Positions 8,166 through 16,653 of a DNA stretch of 46,845 nt are shown one piece after another. Location of the stretch: assembly GCA_050745405.1 (NCBI GenBank), contig JBOGJQ010000286.1, forward strand, positions 1 to 46,845. The letters run 5' to 3'. The stretch comes from Thermoanaerobaculia bacterium. GTDB lineage: Bacteria > Acidobacteriota > Thermoanaerobaculia > Gp7-AA8. Within the stretch, counting starts at the first letter, position 1. Each line of letters opens with the position of its first letter. The translations under genes and the position numbers were made by a program. The notes beneath the pieces are model-generated. The model had not been told where the DNA came from and ran no database searches. It saw only the letters and a program-made list of their open reading frames with translations.

Positions 8166-8534
8166 TCAGCGCTGGTGTTCGCGTTCGCGGTAGATCTCGA
8201 GCTCGCGATCGCCGCGGTCCGGACGCGGAAGCGCGCGCGCGGTTTCGGTTCCGGCAGCGGATTCCGTCTGCCCTGCCGGCTGCGCCTGACGCCCGTCGCC
8301 GCCCGTGGCGCGCTTCTGCCCGCGCCGTTCGCCGCCGCGGCGTCCGATCGTCGCCATGTGCTCGCGATTCCTCGAGACGACCTCGCCGCCTTTGCGTCCC
8401 GCGGCACGCGCCTCGTCGGGAGTGAACTCGTGGGCCGTTCCCTTCGCGTGGGCTGCCCGCCCTCCCTTTCGCGCGATCTCTTTCTGTTTGTCGGGGTCCA
8501 TGGATGCGAATCCACGGGAACTGGTCTGCGCCAT
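8166..8534 (-). CDS. KGG-repeat general stress protein (YciG-like, 122 aa)
   Basis: Repeated (A)RKGG motifs: IARKGGRAAH, AGRKGGEVVS, IGRRGGERRG. ATG at 8534 preceded by AAGGAGG. This is only the C-terminal part of the 666-aa track ORF. Confidence 0.8.
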   Translation of the reverse strand: MAQTSSRGFASMDPDKQKEIARKGGRAAHAKGTAHEFTPDEARAAGRKGGEVVSRNREHMATIGRRGGERRGQKRATGGDGRQAQPAGQTESAAGTETARALPRPDRGDRELEIYREREHQR

Positions 8535-8741
8535 AAAGCCTCCTTGGTCTCTCGTGCTCTGTGGCCCCCAGCCAACCTCGGATATGCACCCAGTCGCGGG
8601 CGAAAGCTGCCGGCGAGGTTCACCGTGAAGCGCATTCGTGAGGCGAGCAACACATGTGCCACGAACGCGCGGTTTCGGCGACGCTCCGCATGCTTCTTGC
8701 TCCCACCGGGCGCGCGACCCGCGCGCGAAAGAACTTTCGTC

Positions 8742-10250
8742 ATGAGCGAATCGATCTGGATTGCCACTTCCGCCGAGCAAAAGTTTCCGTCCCTTTCCGG
8801 GGACATGGAGACGGACGTCGCCATCGTCGGCGGCGGCATCTCCGGCGTCGTCGCCGCCTACCTTCTCGCGCGCGACGGACGCCGGGTCGTTCTCGTCGAG
8901 GCGCGAGGGATCGGAGCGGGAGAGACGGGACACACGACGGCGCACCTCACGGAGCAGATCGACGCGCGGTACGCGGCCATCGCGCGCGAAGAGGGACGCG
9001 ACGCCGCTCTTCTCGTCGCGCGCGCCTCCCGCCGCGCGATCGACGCGATCGCCTCGATCGCGACGCGCGAGCGCATCGACTGCTCGTTCGAGGTCGTTCC
9101 CGGATTCCTCTACACCGAGAACGAGGAGGAAGCGGACGATCTCCGGCGCGAGGCCGACGCCGCGCGAGCCGCGGGCGTGGCCGCGACGTTCACGACGGAG
9201 GTCCCGCTGCCGTTCCGCGCCGCCGGCGCGGTGCGTCTGGACCGGCAGGCGCAGTTCCACCCGTTGCGGTTCCTCCGCGCCCTCGCCACGGCCACCGCGC
9301 GCGAGGGCGCGACTCTTCTCGAGCAGACGCGCGCGATCGAGGTCGAGGACGGCGAGCCCGCGATCGTCCGCACCGCGCGAGGGACCATCCGCGCGCGCGA
9401 CGTTCTCGTGTGCGCGAACGTCCCCGTCAATCAGCGCGGCGTCCTGCAGACGAAGCTTCCCGCTGCGCGCAGCTACGCCGTCGCCGGACGCCCGACGATC
9501 GCGATCGAGAAGGCGCTCTTCTGGGACACCGAAGATCCCTATCACTACGTCCGGACCTGGACCAGCGGCACCGACACGTGGGTGATCGCCGGCGGCGAGG
9601 ATCACCGGACCGGCATCGAGGTCGACACGCGCGAGAAAGTCGCCGCGATCTCCCGATGGGTCGAGTCGAAATTCGGCGTGCGGCGGATCGAACACCACTG
9701 GTCCGGCCAGATCATCGAGCCGCCCGACGGACTGCCCTACATCGGCCGCGTTCCGCTCACCGGACACGTCTGGGTCGCGACCGGCTACTCCGGCCAGGGG
9801 ATGACGTTCGGCACGTTCTCCGCGCTGATGCTCGCGGACCTCCTCGCCGGCCGCGATTCGGAATGGCGGGAGCTCTTCGCTCCGGCGCGGATCCCTTCCC
9901 TCGAGTCGGTCCCCGAGTACGTGCGCGAGAACGTCGAGTACCCGAAGCGCCTCGCGCTCGACCGCCTCACCCGCGCCGGCGTCGAACGGGGAGGGCTCGA
10001 GGCGATCGCGAAAGGGGAGGGGAAGATCGTCGAGATCGAGGGGGAGAAGCTCGCCGCGTCGCGGACGGCTTCCGGCGAGCTCCGGCTCCTGACGGCCGTC
10101 TGCCCGCACCTCGGGTGCGACGTGCGCTGGAACGCGGCCGAGCAGTCGTGGGACTGCCCCTGCCACGGCTCGCGCTTCGACGCGGACGGGTCGCTCCTCA
10201 ACGGGCCGGCGTCGGCGCCTCTGCGAAAGATCGATCTAGTAGGGGAGTAA
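8742..10250 (+). CDS. FAD-dependent oxidoreductase fused to a C-terminal Rieske [2Fe-2S] domain (502 aa)
   Basis: N-terminal dinucleotide fold DVAIVGGGISGVVAAYLLA. C-terminal CPHLGC ... CPCHGS Rieske ligands. Only the last 502 codons of the 1099-aa track ORF look coding. Confidence 0.85.
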   Translation: MSESIWIATSAEQKFPSLSGDMETDVAIVGGGISGVVAAYLLARDGRRVVLVEARGIGAGETGHTTAHLTEQIDARYAAIAREEGRDAALLVARASRRAIDAIASIATRERIDCSFEVVPGFLYTENEEEADDLRREADAARAAGVAATFTTEVPLPFRAAGAVRLDRQAQFHPLRFLRALATATAREGATLLEQTRAIEVEDGEPAIVRTARGTIRARDVLVCANVPVNQRGVLQTKLPAARSYAVAGRPTIAIEKALFWDTEDPYHYVRTWTSGTDTWVIAGGEDHRTGIEVDTREKVAAISRWVESKFGVRRIEHHWSGQIIEPPDGLPYIGRVPLTGHVWVATGYSGQGMTFGTFSALMLADLLAGRDSEWRELFAPARIPSLESVPEYVRENVEYPKRLALDRLTRAGVERGGLEAIAKGEGKIVEIEGEKLAASRTASGELRLLTAVCPHLGCDVRWNAAEQSWDCPCHGSRFDADGSLLNGPASAPLRKIDLVGE

Positions 10251-10254
10251 AAGG

Positions 10255-10348
<94 letters not shown>

Positions 10349-10409
10349 GGCTCGTCACGAAAAGCGATGCGGCGGCGCGTTTGTTCCCGCCGCGCATTCT
10401 ACGGTGCCC

Positions 10410-10501
10410 TGGCGGAGGAGGTGGGATTCGAACCCACGGTACCGGTCGCCCGGTACGGCGGTTTTCAAGACCGCTGCCTTAAACCACTCGGCCACTCCTC
10501 C
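10410..10501 (-). tRNA. tRNA-Ser (anticodon TGA), class II with long variable arm, CCA encoded
   Basis: Acceptor GGAGGAG/CTCCTCC (7 bp), anticodon stem GCGGT/ACCGC with loop CTTGAAA, and T-arm GTGGGTTCGAATCCCAC. Confidence 0.9.
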
Positions 10502-10567
10502 GGTTTTTCGGACGACAACGAGTCCAACAGGGTCGCCGGGGGCACCATTTCCCCCGGCCGGGCCGCA

Positions 10568-11614
10568 TCAGGGCGTGAGGTTCACCTCGATGACGACCTT
10601 CAGACGAAGGCGGGAGTGTTCCCTGATCTCGTCGAGCGAGAGGGTCAGAGGAACCGTGATTTCGCGAACGAGGCCGTCGGTGGCGCGGCGCTCCACGGCC
10701 GGCGGCGGGAGGAGATTCTCGAGGTCGATCTCGAGCGAGGGGAGCGCAACCCGGCGCTCGGGTTCCGCGGCCGCGGCCTCGCCACCCGCCGCCGGAGGCG
10801 CCGCAACGAGCTCGGTCGGGACGGTCGGCAGCGTCTCGCCGGAGTCGTCCTCGACGACGTAAGAAGGTGCGGGCTCCGGAGCGGCTTCGGGAAACACGCT
10901 CTCCTCCTGCTCGGCGGCGAGGACGTTGTCCTCGGTCCAGATCGTCTCCTCGGGCCCGGCCGCGGCGGCGTGCTTCGGCGGGTTGAGCGGCCGGATCTCG
11001 CGCTCGAGCGTCTCGGCTCCCTGCAGCCCGTATTTGCGAACGAGGTGTTCGAGCACGCCCTGCGTGATTCCCTTGAGCGTTCCCTCGACGCCGATGCCGG
11101 TCGTTGCGACGGACTCGAAGGAGGGCGCCCCGAGCTTGTTGAGCGCCGCGTCGATCTCGGCGACGGGGAGGACGTTCGGCAGGTCGCGCTTGTTGTACTG
11201 GATGACGATCGGGATCTCGCGCAACCGGATCCCCTGCCGTTTGAGGTTGTCGTCGAGGTTCTGCCAGCTCTCGAGATTCGCGTCGAGAGCCGAGGCCTGG
11301 CTGTCGGCCACGAAGACGACGCCGTCCGCGCCCTTGAGCACGAGTTGTCGCGTCGAGTTGTAGTAGACCTGCCCCGGCACGGTGTAGAGCTGCAGCTTCG
11401 TGCGCATGCCCCGGATTCTGCCGAGGTCGAGAGGGAGGAAATCGAAGAAGAGCGTGCGGTCCTGCTTCGTCGCGAGCGAGAGCATCTTGCTCTTGTTGTT
11501 CGACGGAAGCGAGTCGTAGATGAACTGCAGGTTCGTGGTTTTCCCGCAGAGCCCCGGCCCGTAATAGACGATCTTCGCGGTGATTTCCTTGGTCGCGTAG
11601 TTGAAGAGGACCAT
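10568..11614 (-). CDS. mglA: MglA-family Ras-like GTPase with a ~150-aa C-terminal extension (348 aa)
   Basis: The first ~195 aa align closely from memory to Myxococcus MglA: KIVYYGPGLCGKTTNLQ, DRTLFFDFLPL, YTVPGQVYY, QYNKRDLP. The remainder is an acidic/Pro-Ala-rich linker plus a short C-terminal segment. Confidence 0.85.
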   Translation of the reverse strand: MVLFNYATKEITAKIVYYGPGLCGKTTNLQFIYDSLPSNNKSKMLSLATKQDRTLFFDFLPLDLGRIRGMRTKLQLYTVPGQVYYNSTRQLVLKGADGVVFVADSQASALDANLESWQNLDDNLKRQGIRLREIPIVIQYNKRDLPNVLPVAEIDAALNKLGAPSFESVATTGIGVEGTLKGITQGVLEHLVRKYGLQGAETLEREIRPLNPPKHAAAAGPEETIWTEDNVLAAEQEESVFPEAAPEPAPSYVVEDDSGETLPTVPTELVAAPPAAGGEAAAAEPERRVALPSLEIDLENLLPPPAVERRATDGLVREITVPLTLSLDEIREHSRLRLKVVIEVNLTP

Positions 11615-11625
11615 GGCGGGATCAA

Positions 11626-11760
11626 GTATCTAGTATCTAGTAGCTAGTATCTAGTAGCTAGTATCTAGTAGCTAGTAGCTAGTAGCTAGTAGGCGTCTAC
11701 CAGCCCAGCTACCAGCTTCTAGATACCAGCCACTAGATACCAGCCACTAGATACCAGCCA
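11626..11760. repeat. CTAG-dense tandem arrays: ~10 x 7-mer GTA(T/G)CTA followed by 3 x 14-mer CTAGATACCAGCCA (plus degenerate units)
   Basis: Read directly. It is an AT-rich island in a GC-rich genome, and the arms are partly complementary (GTATCTAG / CTAGATAC). It fills the divergent region between the mglA start and the B12 riboswitch. Confidence 0.9.
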
Positions 11761-11799
11761 CTCGACGAGCTACAATCCCGTCCCTGTTCTTTGCCACAC

Positions 11800-11995
11800 G
11801 AGCCGATGTGGTGTAGCGAGCGCGACGCGCTCCGGGAAGCCGGTGAGAATCCGGCGCGGCCCCCGCCACTGTTACCGACGACGACTCACGCAGCGATCCC
11901 GTGAAGCGGGATCCCCACTGCCGCGCATCCGCGGTGGGAAGGGAAGCGTGGGGAGGACGACTCGGAAGCCAGGAGACCGACCGCTTCGGCCCATG
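11800..11995 (+). promoter_or_regulatory. Cobalamin (B12) riboswitch
   Basis: Conserved core GGGAAGCCGGTGAGAATCCGGCGCGGCCCCCGCCACTGT and B12 box GAAGCCAGGAGACCGACC. A downstream helix (about 12041-12075) can sequester the AAAGGAG Shine-Dalgarno of the receptor gene. Confidence 0.85.
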
Positions 11996-12082
11996 ACCCA
12001 ATCCTCCGGGGTGCGAGGACGGCCTCACGGCTCCTCGTTTCCCCATTGACCGCTTCGGAGGGAAGCGAAAGGAGTCGTCGCC

Positions 12083-13954
12083 GTGCCGTCCACAATCCAC
12101 GTCCTTTTCCTCACTCTCACTCTCGCCACTGCTCACGCCATCCCCGCGTCCGCCGCGGACGATCGCCCCGAAGAAGCTGCCGTCCCGAAAGTCCATCACG
12201 AGATCGTCGTGACGGCGTCGGCAGCCGAAGAGACCGTGGAGACGGTGCCGGCCGCCGTCACGGTGATCACGCGCGAGCAGATCGAGACGCTCGCCGCGCG
12301 CGATCTCGCCGACGTGCTGCGCCTCGTTCCGGGAGTCAGCGTGGCGCGCACAGGGTCGCCAGGCAAGATCGCCTCGCTGTTCACGCGCGGAGGAAGCTCG
12401 AAGCAGACGCTCGTCCTATGGAACGGCATCGAGCTGAACAATCCGTATTTTTCCGGGTTCGACTGGGGACGCTTTTCGACGGCGGGAGTCGAGCGCGTCG
12501 AAGTCGTCCGCGGGCCGTTCTCGGCACTCTACGGTACCGATGCCGTGAGCGGGGTCGTACAGGTTCTCACCGCGCGCGACGCTTCGTTCCTCATCGCCGA
12601 CCTGCTCGGCGGTGAGCGGGGACTGTTCAACGGGAGCGTCTCGGGTGCGGGCTCGCTCGGAGCGCTGCGCTTCGTGGGCTCGTTCGAGACGCGCAGCGAT
12701 GAGGGCTTCGCCGAGAACGACGAATACGAGCAGACTTCGGGACACGCTGACGTCCGCTGGTCTCCGCACGAGCAGCTCGCGGCCGGCGTGCGCGGGCGCG
12801 TTCTCGTCTACGACGTCGGGATTCCTCGTAGCGTGAACGCTTCCGGAACGGCGTTCGAGCCGCGCCTCCAGCGGCGCGAAGACGGCGAGGAGCTCGAGAT
12901 CGCGATCCCCCTCACGCTCCGCGCCGGGCGTGGAACGTACGACCTCACCGTGTCGCGTCTCGAGCGGACGGACAGGTTCGAAGACCCCGAGGATCCATTC
13001 GGCCGCACGGAAGCGGTGACGGACGTCCTCGTGCAGAGGGTGTCCGGCGTGGCGCGGTTCGACCTCGGGCTTCATGCCGTGAGCGCGGGCGTCGAATGGG
13101 AGGACGCCGACGTGGAGGATCGGTCGACCTATGGCGTCGCGCTCGACGAGGCGCGGCGGCAGGCGGAAGGGATTTTCGTCGAAGACCGCTTCTCGGTGCG
13201 GCTGCCCGTCGGCGTCCTCGAAGCGAACGCCGGCCTGCGCTGGGACCACTTCGACACGTTCGGCGGCGAGCTCTCGCCGCGGGCGTCGCTGGCGTGGATC
13301 GCGGGCCCACACAAGGTCCGCGCCGGCTACGGCCGGGCGTTCCGCGCTCCCGCGGTGGGCGAGCTCTATCTGCCGTTTTTCGGGAATCCGGCGCTCGACG
13401 CCGAGCGGTCGACGAGCTTCGAGCTCGGCTACGAGCGCGCGCACGGCCGGGGACGGGTTTCGGTCACCGCGTTCCGGAACGACTTCGACGAGCTGATCGT
13501 GTACGACAACACGACGAATCGGTTCGAGAACGTCGGCGCGGGGATCGCGCAAGGTGTCGAGCTCGGCGCCGAGCACCGGCTCGGCCGGAACGTGACGGCC
13601 TCGCTCAGCTACACGTATCTCGACACGGAGGATGCGGACACCGGCCTCACGTTTCTCCGCCGCCCGGAGCACAGCGGCTCGGCGTGGCTGCGCTGGAGCG
13701 ACTTCGGGTGGAGCGCCAGCGCCGCCGTCCTCCATACGGGCGAGCGCGCGGACGTGACGGACCTCTTTCCCTTCGGCCGGGTCCTCGCCGAGGCCGTGAC
13801 GACGATCGATCTCGTCGTGGAGCGCGACTTCGCGTCGGGGATTACGCCGTACCTCAAGGTCGAAAACGCGGCGGATCGCCAGTACGAGGAGGTGTTCGGC
13901 TACCCGTCGCCCGGACGCCGCGTCGCCGTCGGAATCCGCGTGAAGGTGCGATAG
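12083..13954 (+). CDS. btuB: TonB-dependent outer-membrane receptor, BtuB-like (623 aa)
   Basis: Signal peptide, plug domain (VTVITREQIE, DVLRLVPGVSV, LFTRGGSSKQTLVLWNGIELN), and beta-barrel repeats. It sits directly behind a cobalamin riboswitch. GTG start after AAAGGAG. Confidence 0.8.
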   Translation: MPSTIHVLFLTLTLATAHAIPASAADDRPEEAAVPKVHHEIVVTASAAEETVETVPAAVTVITREQIETLAARDLADVLRLVPGVSVARTGSPGKIASLFTRGGSSKQTLVLWNGIELNNPYFSGFDWGRFSTAGVERVEVVRGPFSALYGTDAVSGVVQVLTARDASFLIADLLGGERGLFNGSVSGAGSLGALRFVGSFETRSDEGFAENDEYEQTSGHADVRWSPHEQLAAGVRGRVLVYDVGIPRSVNASGTAFEPRLQRREDGEELEIAIPLTLRAGRGTYDLTVSRLERTDRFEDPEDPFGRTEAVTDVLVQRVSGVARFDLGLHAVSAGVEWEDADVEDRSTYGVALDEARRQAEGIFVEDRFSVRLPVGVLEANAGLRWDHFDTFGGELSPRASLAWIAGPHKVRAGYGRAFRAPAVGELYLPFFGNPALDAERSTSFELGYERAHGRGRVSVTAFRNDFDELIVYDNTTNRFENVGAGIAQGVELGAEHRLGRNVTASLSYTYLDTEDADTGLTFLRRPEHSGSAWLRWSDFGWSASAAVLHTGERADVTDLFPFGRVLAEAVTTIDLVVERDFASGITPYLKVENAADRQYEEVFGYPSPGRRVAVGIRVKVR

Positions 13955-13960
13955 GAGGCG

Positions 13961-14509
13961 ATGATGAAGAACACCAGCCGTTTTTTCCTCGTTTTCCTCT
14001 TCCTCGCCGCGGGAGTCCTTCTTCGCCTCGTTCCTCATCCGTGGAACTTCACGCCCATCGGCGCGATGGCTCTGCTGGGAGGAGCGAAGCTGGGGCGCCG
14101 GCCGCTGCTCGCGTTCGGGATTCCGCTCGGCGCGCTGTTCCTCGGCGACCTTCTACTCGAGCTCGTGACCGGCTGGGGCTTCCACTCCGGCATGCCGGTC
14201 GTTTACGGCTCCTTCGCCGCGAGCGTGGTGATCGGACTCGTCGTCGGGAGACACGGCTCCAGTCCACGCGCGATTTTCGGCGGCGCCGGAGCCTCGGCGG
14301 TCCTTTTCTACTTGACGACGAACTTCTGGATGTGGACCGTGAGCGAGCTGTACCCGCCGACGCTCGGCGGCCTGGTCGCCTGCTACCTCGCCGCTCTGCC
14401 GTTTCTCGCGTGGCAGCTCGCCGGGGATATCGTGTTCGCCGGAATCTTCTTCGGCGCATGGACCTGGATCGAGACGCGTCTCGCCAGTGACCGACCGCTC
14501 GCCCCGTGA
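13961..14509 (+). CDS. Small polytopic membrane protein, DUF6580-like putative transport protein (182 aa)
   Basis: About 5-6 hydrophobic segments. The N-terminus LRLVPHPWNFTPIGAMALLGG recalls the DUF6580 family. AGGAGG Shine-Dalgarno. It lies inside the B12 operon and overlaps the next gene (GTGA). Confidence 0.6.
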   Translation: MMKNTSRFFLVFLFLAAGVLLRLVPHPWNFTPIGAMALLGGAKLGRRPLLAFGIPLGALFLGDLLLELVTGWGFHSGMPVVYGSFAASVVIGLVVGRHGSSPRAIFGGAGASAVLFYLTTNFWMWTVSELYPPTLGGLVACYLAALPFLAWQLAGDIVFAGIFFGAWTWIETRLASDRPLAP

Positions 14510-15432
14510 GACGCATCGTTTCGCTGCTGCCGAGCGCGACGGAGATCGTCCACGCGCTCGGCCTCGGCGAGGAGCTCGTCGGAAGATCTCACCAATGCGA
14601 CTTCCCGCCGGAAGTCGCACGCCTGCCAGCCCTGACGCGGTCGAAGATCCGGATCGGAGGCTGGTCGGCCCAGATTCACGCGGATGTGACGCGAATTCTG
14701 GAGAACGCACTCGGCGTGTACGAGATCGACCGGAGAATGCTCGAGCTCCTGCGGCCCACGCACGTGATCACGCAGGTACAGTGCGACGTCTGCGCCGTGT
14801 CCCTCGCCGACGTCGAAGAGGCTCTCGGATTCGCGCTCCGCGGGACGTCGAGGCTCATCGCTCTTCGTCCCACCGATCTCGCCGGCGTGCTCGCGGACAT
14901 CCGCGCCGTCGGCGCAGCACTCGAGGTTCCGGCCTCGGCGGAGCGCTGCGTCGCGCTCATGGAAGACGCGCTCGAGCGGGTGCGAAGCTCGATCGCGCGC
15001 GTCGCACGCCGGCCGCGCGTCGTCTGCCTCGAGTGGCTCGATCCGCTCATGCTCGCCGGAAACTGGATGCCGGAGCTCGTCCGGATCGCGGGAGGCGACG
15101 AGCAACTCGGCCGCTCCGCGGTGTCCTCATCCTGGATCGGGATCGGCGAGGTCGCCGCGGCCGATCCCGACGTGATCATTCTGATTCCCTGCGGCTTTTC
15201 TCTCGAGCGGATCGAGCGTGAGGCGGCCGTTCTCGGCCGCGATTCGAACTGGAGATCGCTGCGCGCGGTCCGCGATGGAGCCGTCTACGCGGCCGATGGC
15301 AACCAGTTCTTCAACCGCCCGGGACCCCGGCTCGTCGACAGCGCGGTCATCCTTCGCGAAATTCTGCATCCCGCTGTCGCTCCGCCGATCCACCGCGGCC
15401 GCGCCTGGTCGCTCGTGGAATCCTGCATGTGA
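14506..15432 (+). CDS. Cobalamin-binding periplasmic-binding-protein family (BtuF-like, class III SBP fold), no signal peptide (308 aa)
   Basis: RIVSLLPSATEIVHALGLGEELVGRSHQCDFP is the typical BtuF/FecB-type N-terminus. It is translationally coupled to the preceding gene. Confidence 0.75.
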   Translation: MRRIVSLLPSATEIVHALGLGEELVGRSHQCDFPPEVARLPALTRSKIRIGGWSAQIHADVTRILENALGVYEIDRRMLELLRPTHVITQVQCDVCAVSLADVEEALGFALRGTSRLIALRPTDLAGVLADIRAVGAALEVPASAERCVALMEDALERVRSSIARVARRPRVVCLEWLDPLMLAGNWMPELVRIAGGDEQLGRSAVSSSWIGIGEVAAADPDVIILIPCGFSLERIEREAAVLGRDSNWRSLRAVRDGAVYAADGNQFFNRPGPRLVDSAVILREILHPAVAPPIHRGRAWSLVESCM

Positions 15433-15469
15433 AGCGCTACAATCGAGGACGGCGAGGAGGATGTCGACC

Positions 15470-15766
15470 ATGAAGCCCAACGACCCGGAGGAAGAGTACT
15501 TCGCGCGCCAGGAGGTCGAGCGGCGCCGTCGCGAGCAGGCCGCCCGTGAGGCGCAAATGGCCGACGAGGAGAAAACACGCCTCCGCGAGCTTCACTGGAT
15601 GAAGTGCCCGAAGTGCGGGATGGACATGGAGGAGTACGAGTACCAGGGCGTCTCGCTCGACCGCTGCAGATCGTGCGGCGGCGTTTTCTTCGACGCCGGC
15701 GAGATGGAGCAGTTGATGGAGCACAAAGGGGACTTCGTCGAGCGCTTCAAGCGGCTGTTCGGATAG
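15470..15766 (+). CDS. zf-TFIIB-type zinc-ribbon protein (~98 aa)
   Basis: CPKCG ... CRSCGGVFFDAGEME motif. GAGGAGG lies 9 nt upstream of the ATG at 15470. An in-frame ATG at 15461 is an alternative start. Confidence 0.7.
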   Translation: MKPNDPEEEYFARQEVERRRREQAAREAQMADEEKTRLRELHWMKCPKCGMDMEEYEYQGVSLDRCRSCGGVFFDAGEMEQLMEHKGDFVERFKRLFG

Positions 15767-16005
15767 GTCGCTCGTCGCTCGTCGCCCGTCGCTCGTCGCC
15801 AGACGCCAGTCGCCTACTACGCCGCTCGTCATCCTGAGCGAGGTGGTGTGGGTGGGTGTGAGCGGAGGATCTCCTCAGCCGCGTCTCAAGATCGGAGTCG
15901 GTCGCGAGTCTGAGTCGCAGCTGAGGAGATCCTTCGTCGCTTCGCTCCTCAGGATGACGCCGCGCGTGGTTTGCTCACCGACGACTGACGACTGACGACG
16001 AGCAA
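15767..16005. repeat. Composite element B: 7-mer arm (GTCGCTC)n + inverted core (15828-15958) + complementary 7-mer arm (GACGACT)n
   Basis: The core is the reverse complement of copy A with few substitutions. The element occupies the whole convergent intergenic space, from the stop at 15766 to the stop at 16006. Confidence 0.9.
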
Positions 16006-16653
16006 CTAGCGACTTTCCTCGGATTCGATGGCCGGTGTGCCGCGCCAGCTTCGCGGCATGGAGACGTAGCGGTTGCCGGCGAGGAAGAAGCGGAGCGGCC
16101 AGACGGCGGCCTCGCCCGCGCCTTCGACGCCGACGCGCGGGGAGACGGCGATGTCGTCCTCGGCGAGGTCGGTGTCCCGCGCGGCGATCGAGAGCTCTTC
16201 GCTCGCGAACGAGACGCCGTCGAGGGCGCGGTCGATCTCGAGGCCCATGCAGAGGCGCCCCGGTCCGGAAAGAAGATCGAACTCCCGTCGCGTCTTCGGC
16301 CGGTTGCGCCGGATCCGCTCGATCCCTTCGAGCGGCTGCGCGGCGCGGAGAAGCACCGCTTCCGCGACGTCCGCCTCGCCCGTGACGACGTTGAGGCAGT
16401 AGTGCATGCCGTACGTGAAATAGACGTAGGCGTGGCCGCCGGGGAGATACATCGACTCGTTCCGCTGGCTGCGCAGTCCGCGGCGCGCGTGGCTCGCGGG
16501 ATCGTTCGCGCCGAGATACGCCTCGGTCTCCACGATTCTCGCCGTCAGGAGATCACCGTCCACGCGACGCTGGAGGACGCATCCGAGAAGGGCGCGCGCG
16601 ATGGCGACGGGTTCGCCACGATAGAACGACTTCGGCAGCGGTCGGCGTCTCAT
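16006..16653 (-). CDS. mpg: DNA-3-methyladenine glycosylase (Mpg/AAG family, 215 aa)
   Basis: ARALLGC, IVETEAYLG.NDPASHA, and GHAYVYFTYGMHYCLNVV motifs. The ATG at 16653 overlaps the upstream stop codon (ATGA). Confidence 0.85.
   Translation of the reverse strand: MRRRPLPKSFYRGEPVAIARALLGCVLQRRVDGDLLTARIVETEAYLGANDPASHARRGLRSQRNESMYLPGGHAYVYFTYGMHYCLNVVTGEADVAEAVLLRAAQPLEGIERIRRNRPKTRREFDLLSGPGRLCMGLEIDRALDGVSFASEELSIAARDTDLAEDDIAVSPRVGVEGAGEAAVWPLRFFLAGNRYVSMPRSWRGTPAIESEESR

Noticed and set aside
10410-10501. Possible tRNA-Sec next to the selB-containing region (the DNA anticodon reads TGA)
   Set aside because: The anticodon is 5'-UGA-3', which decodes UCA (Ser), not 5'-UCA-3'. The acceptor stem is 7 bp with a normal class-II Ser architecture.
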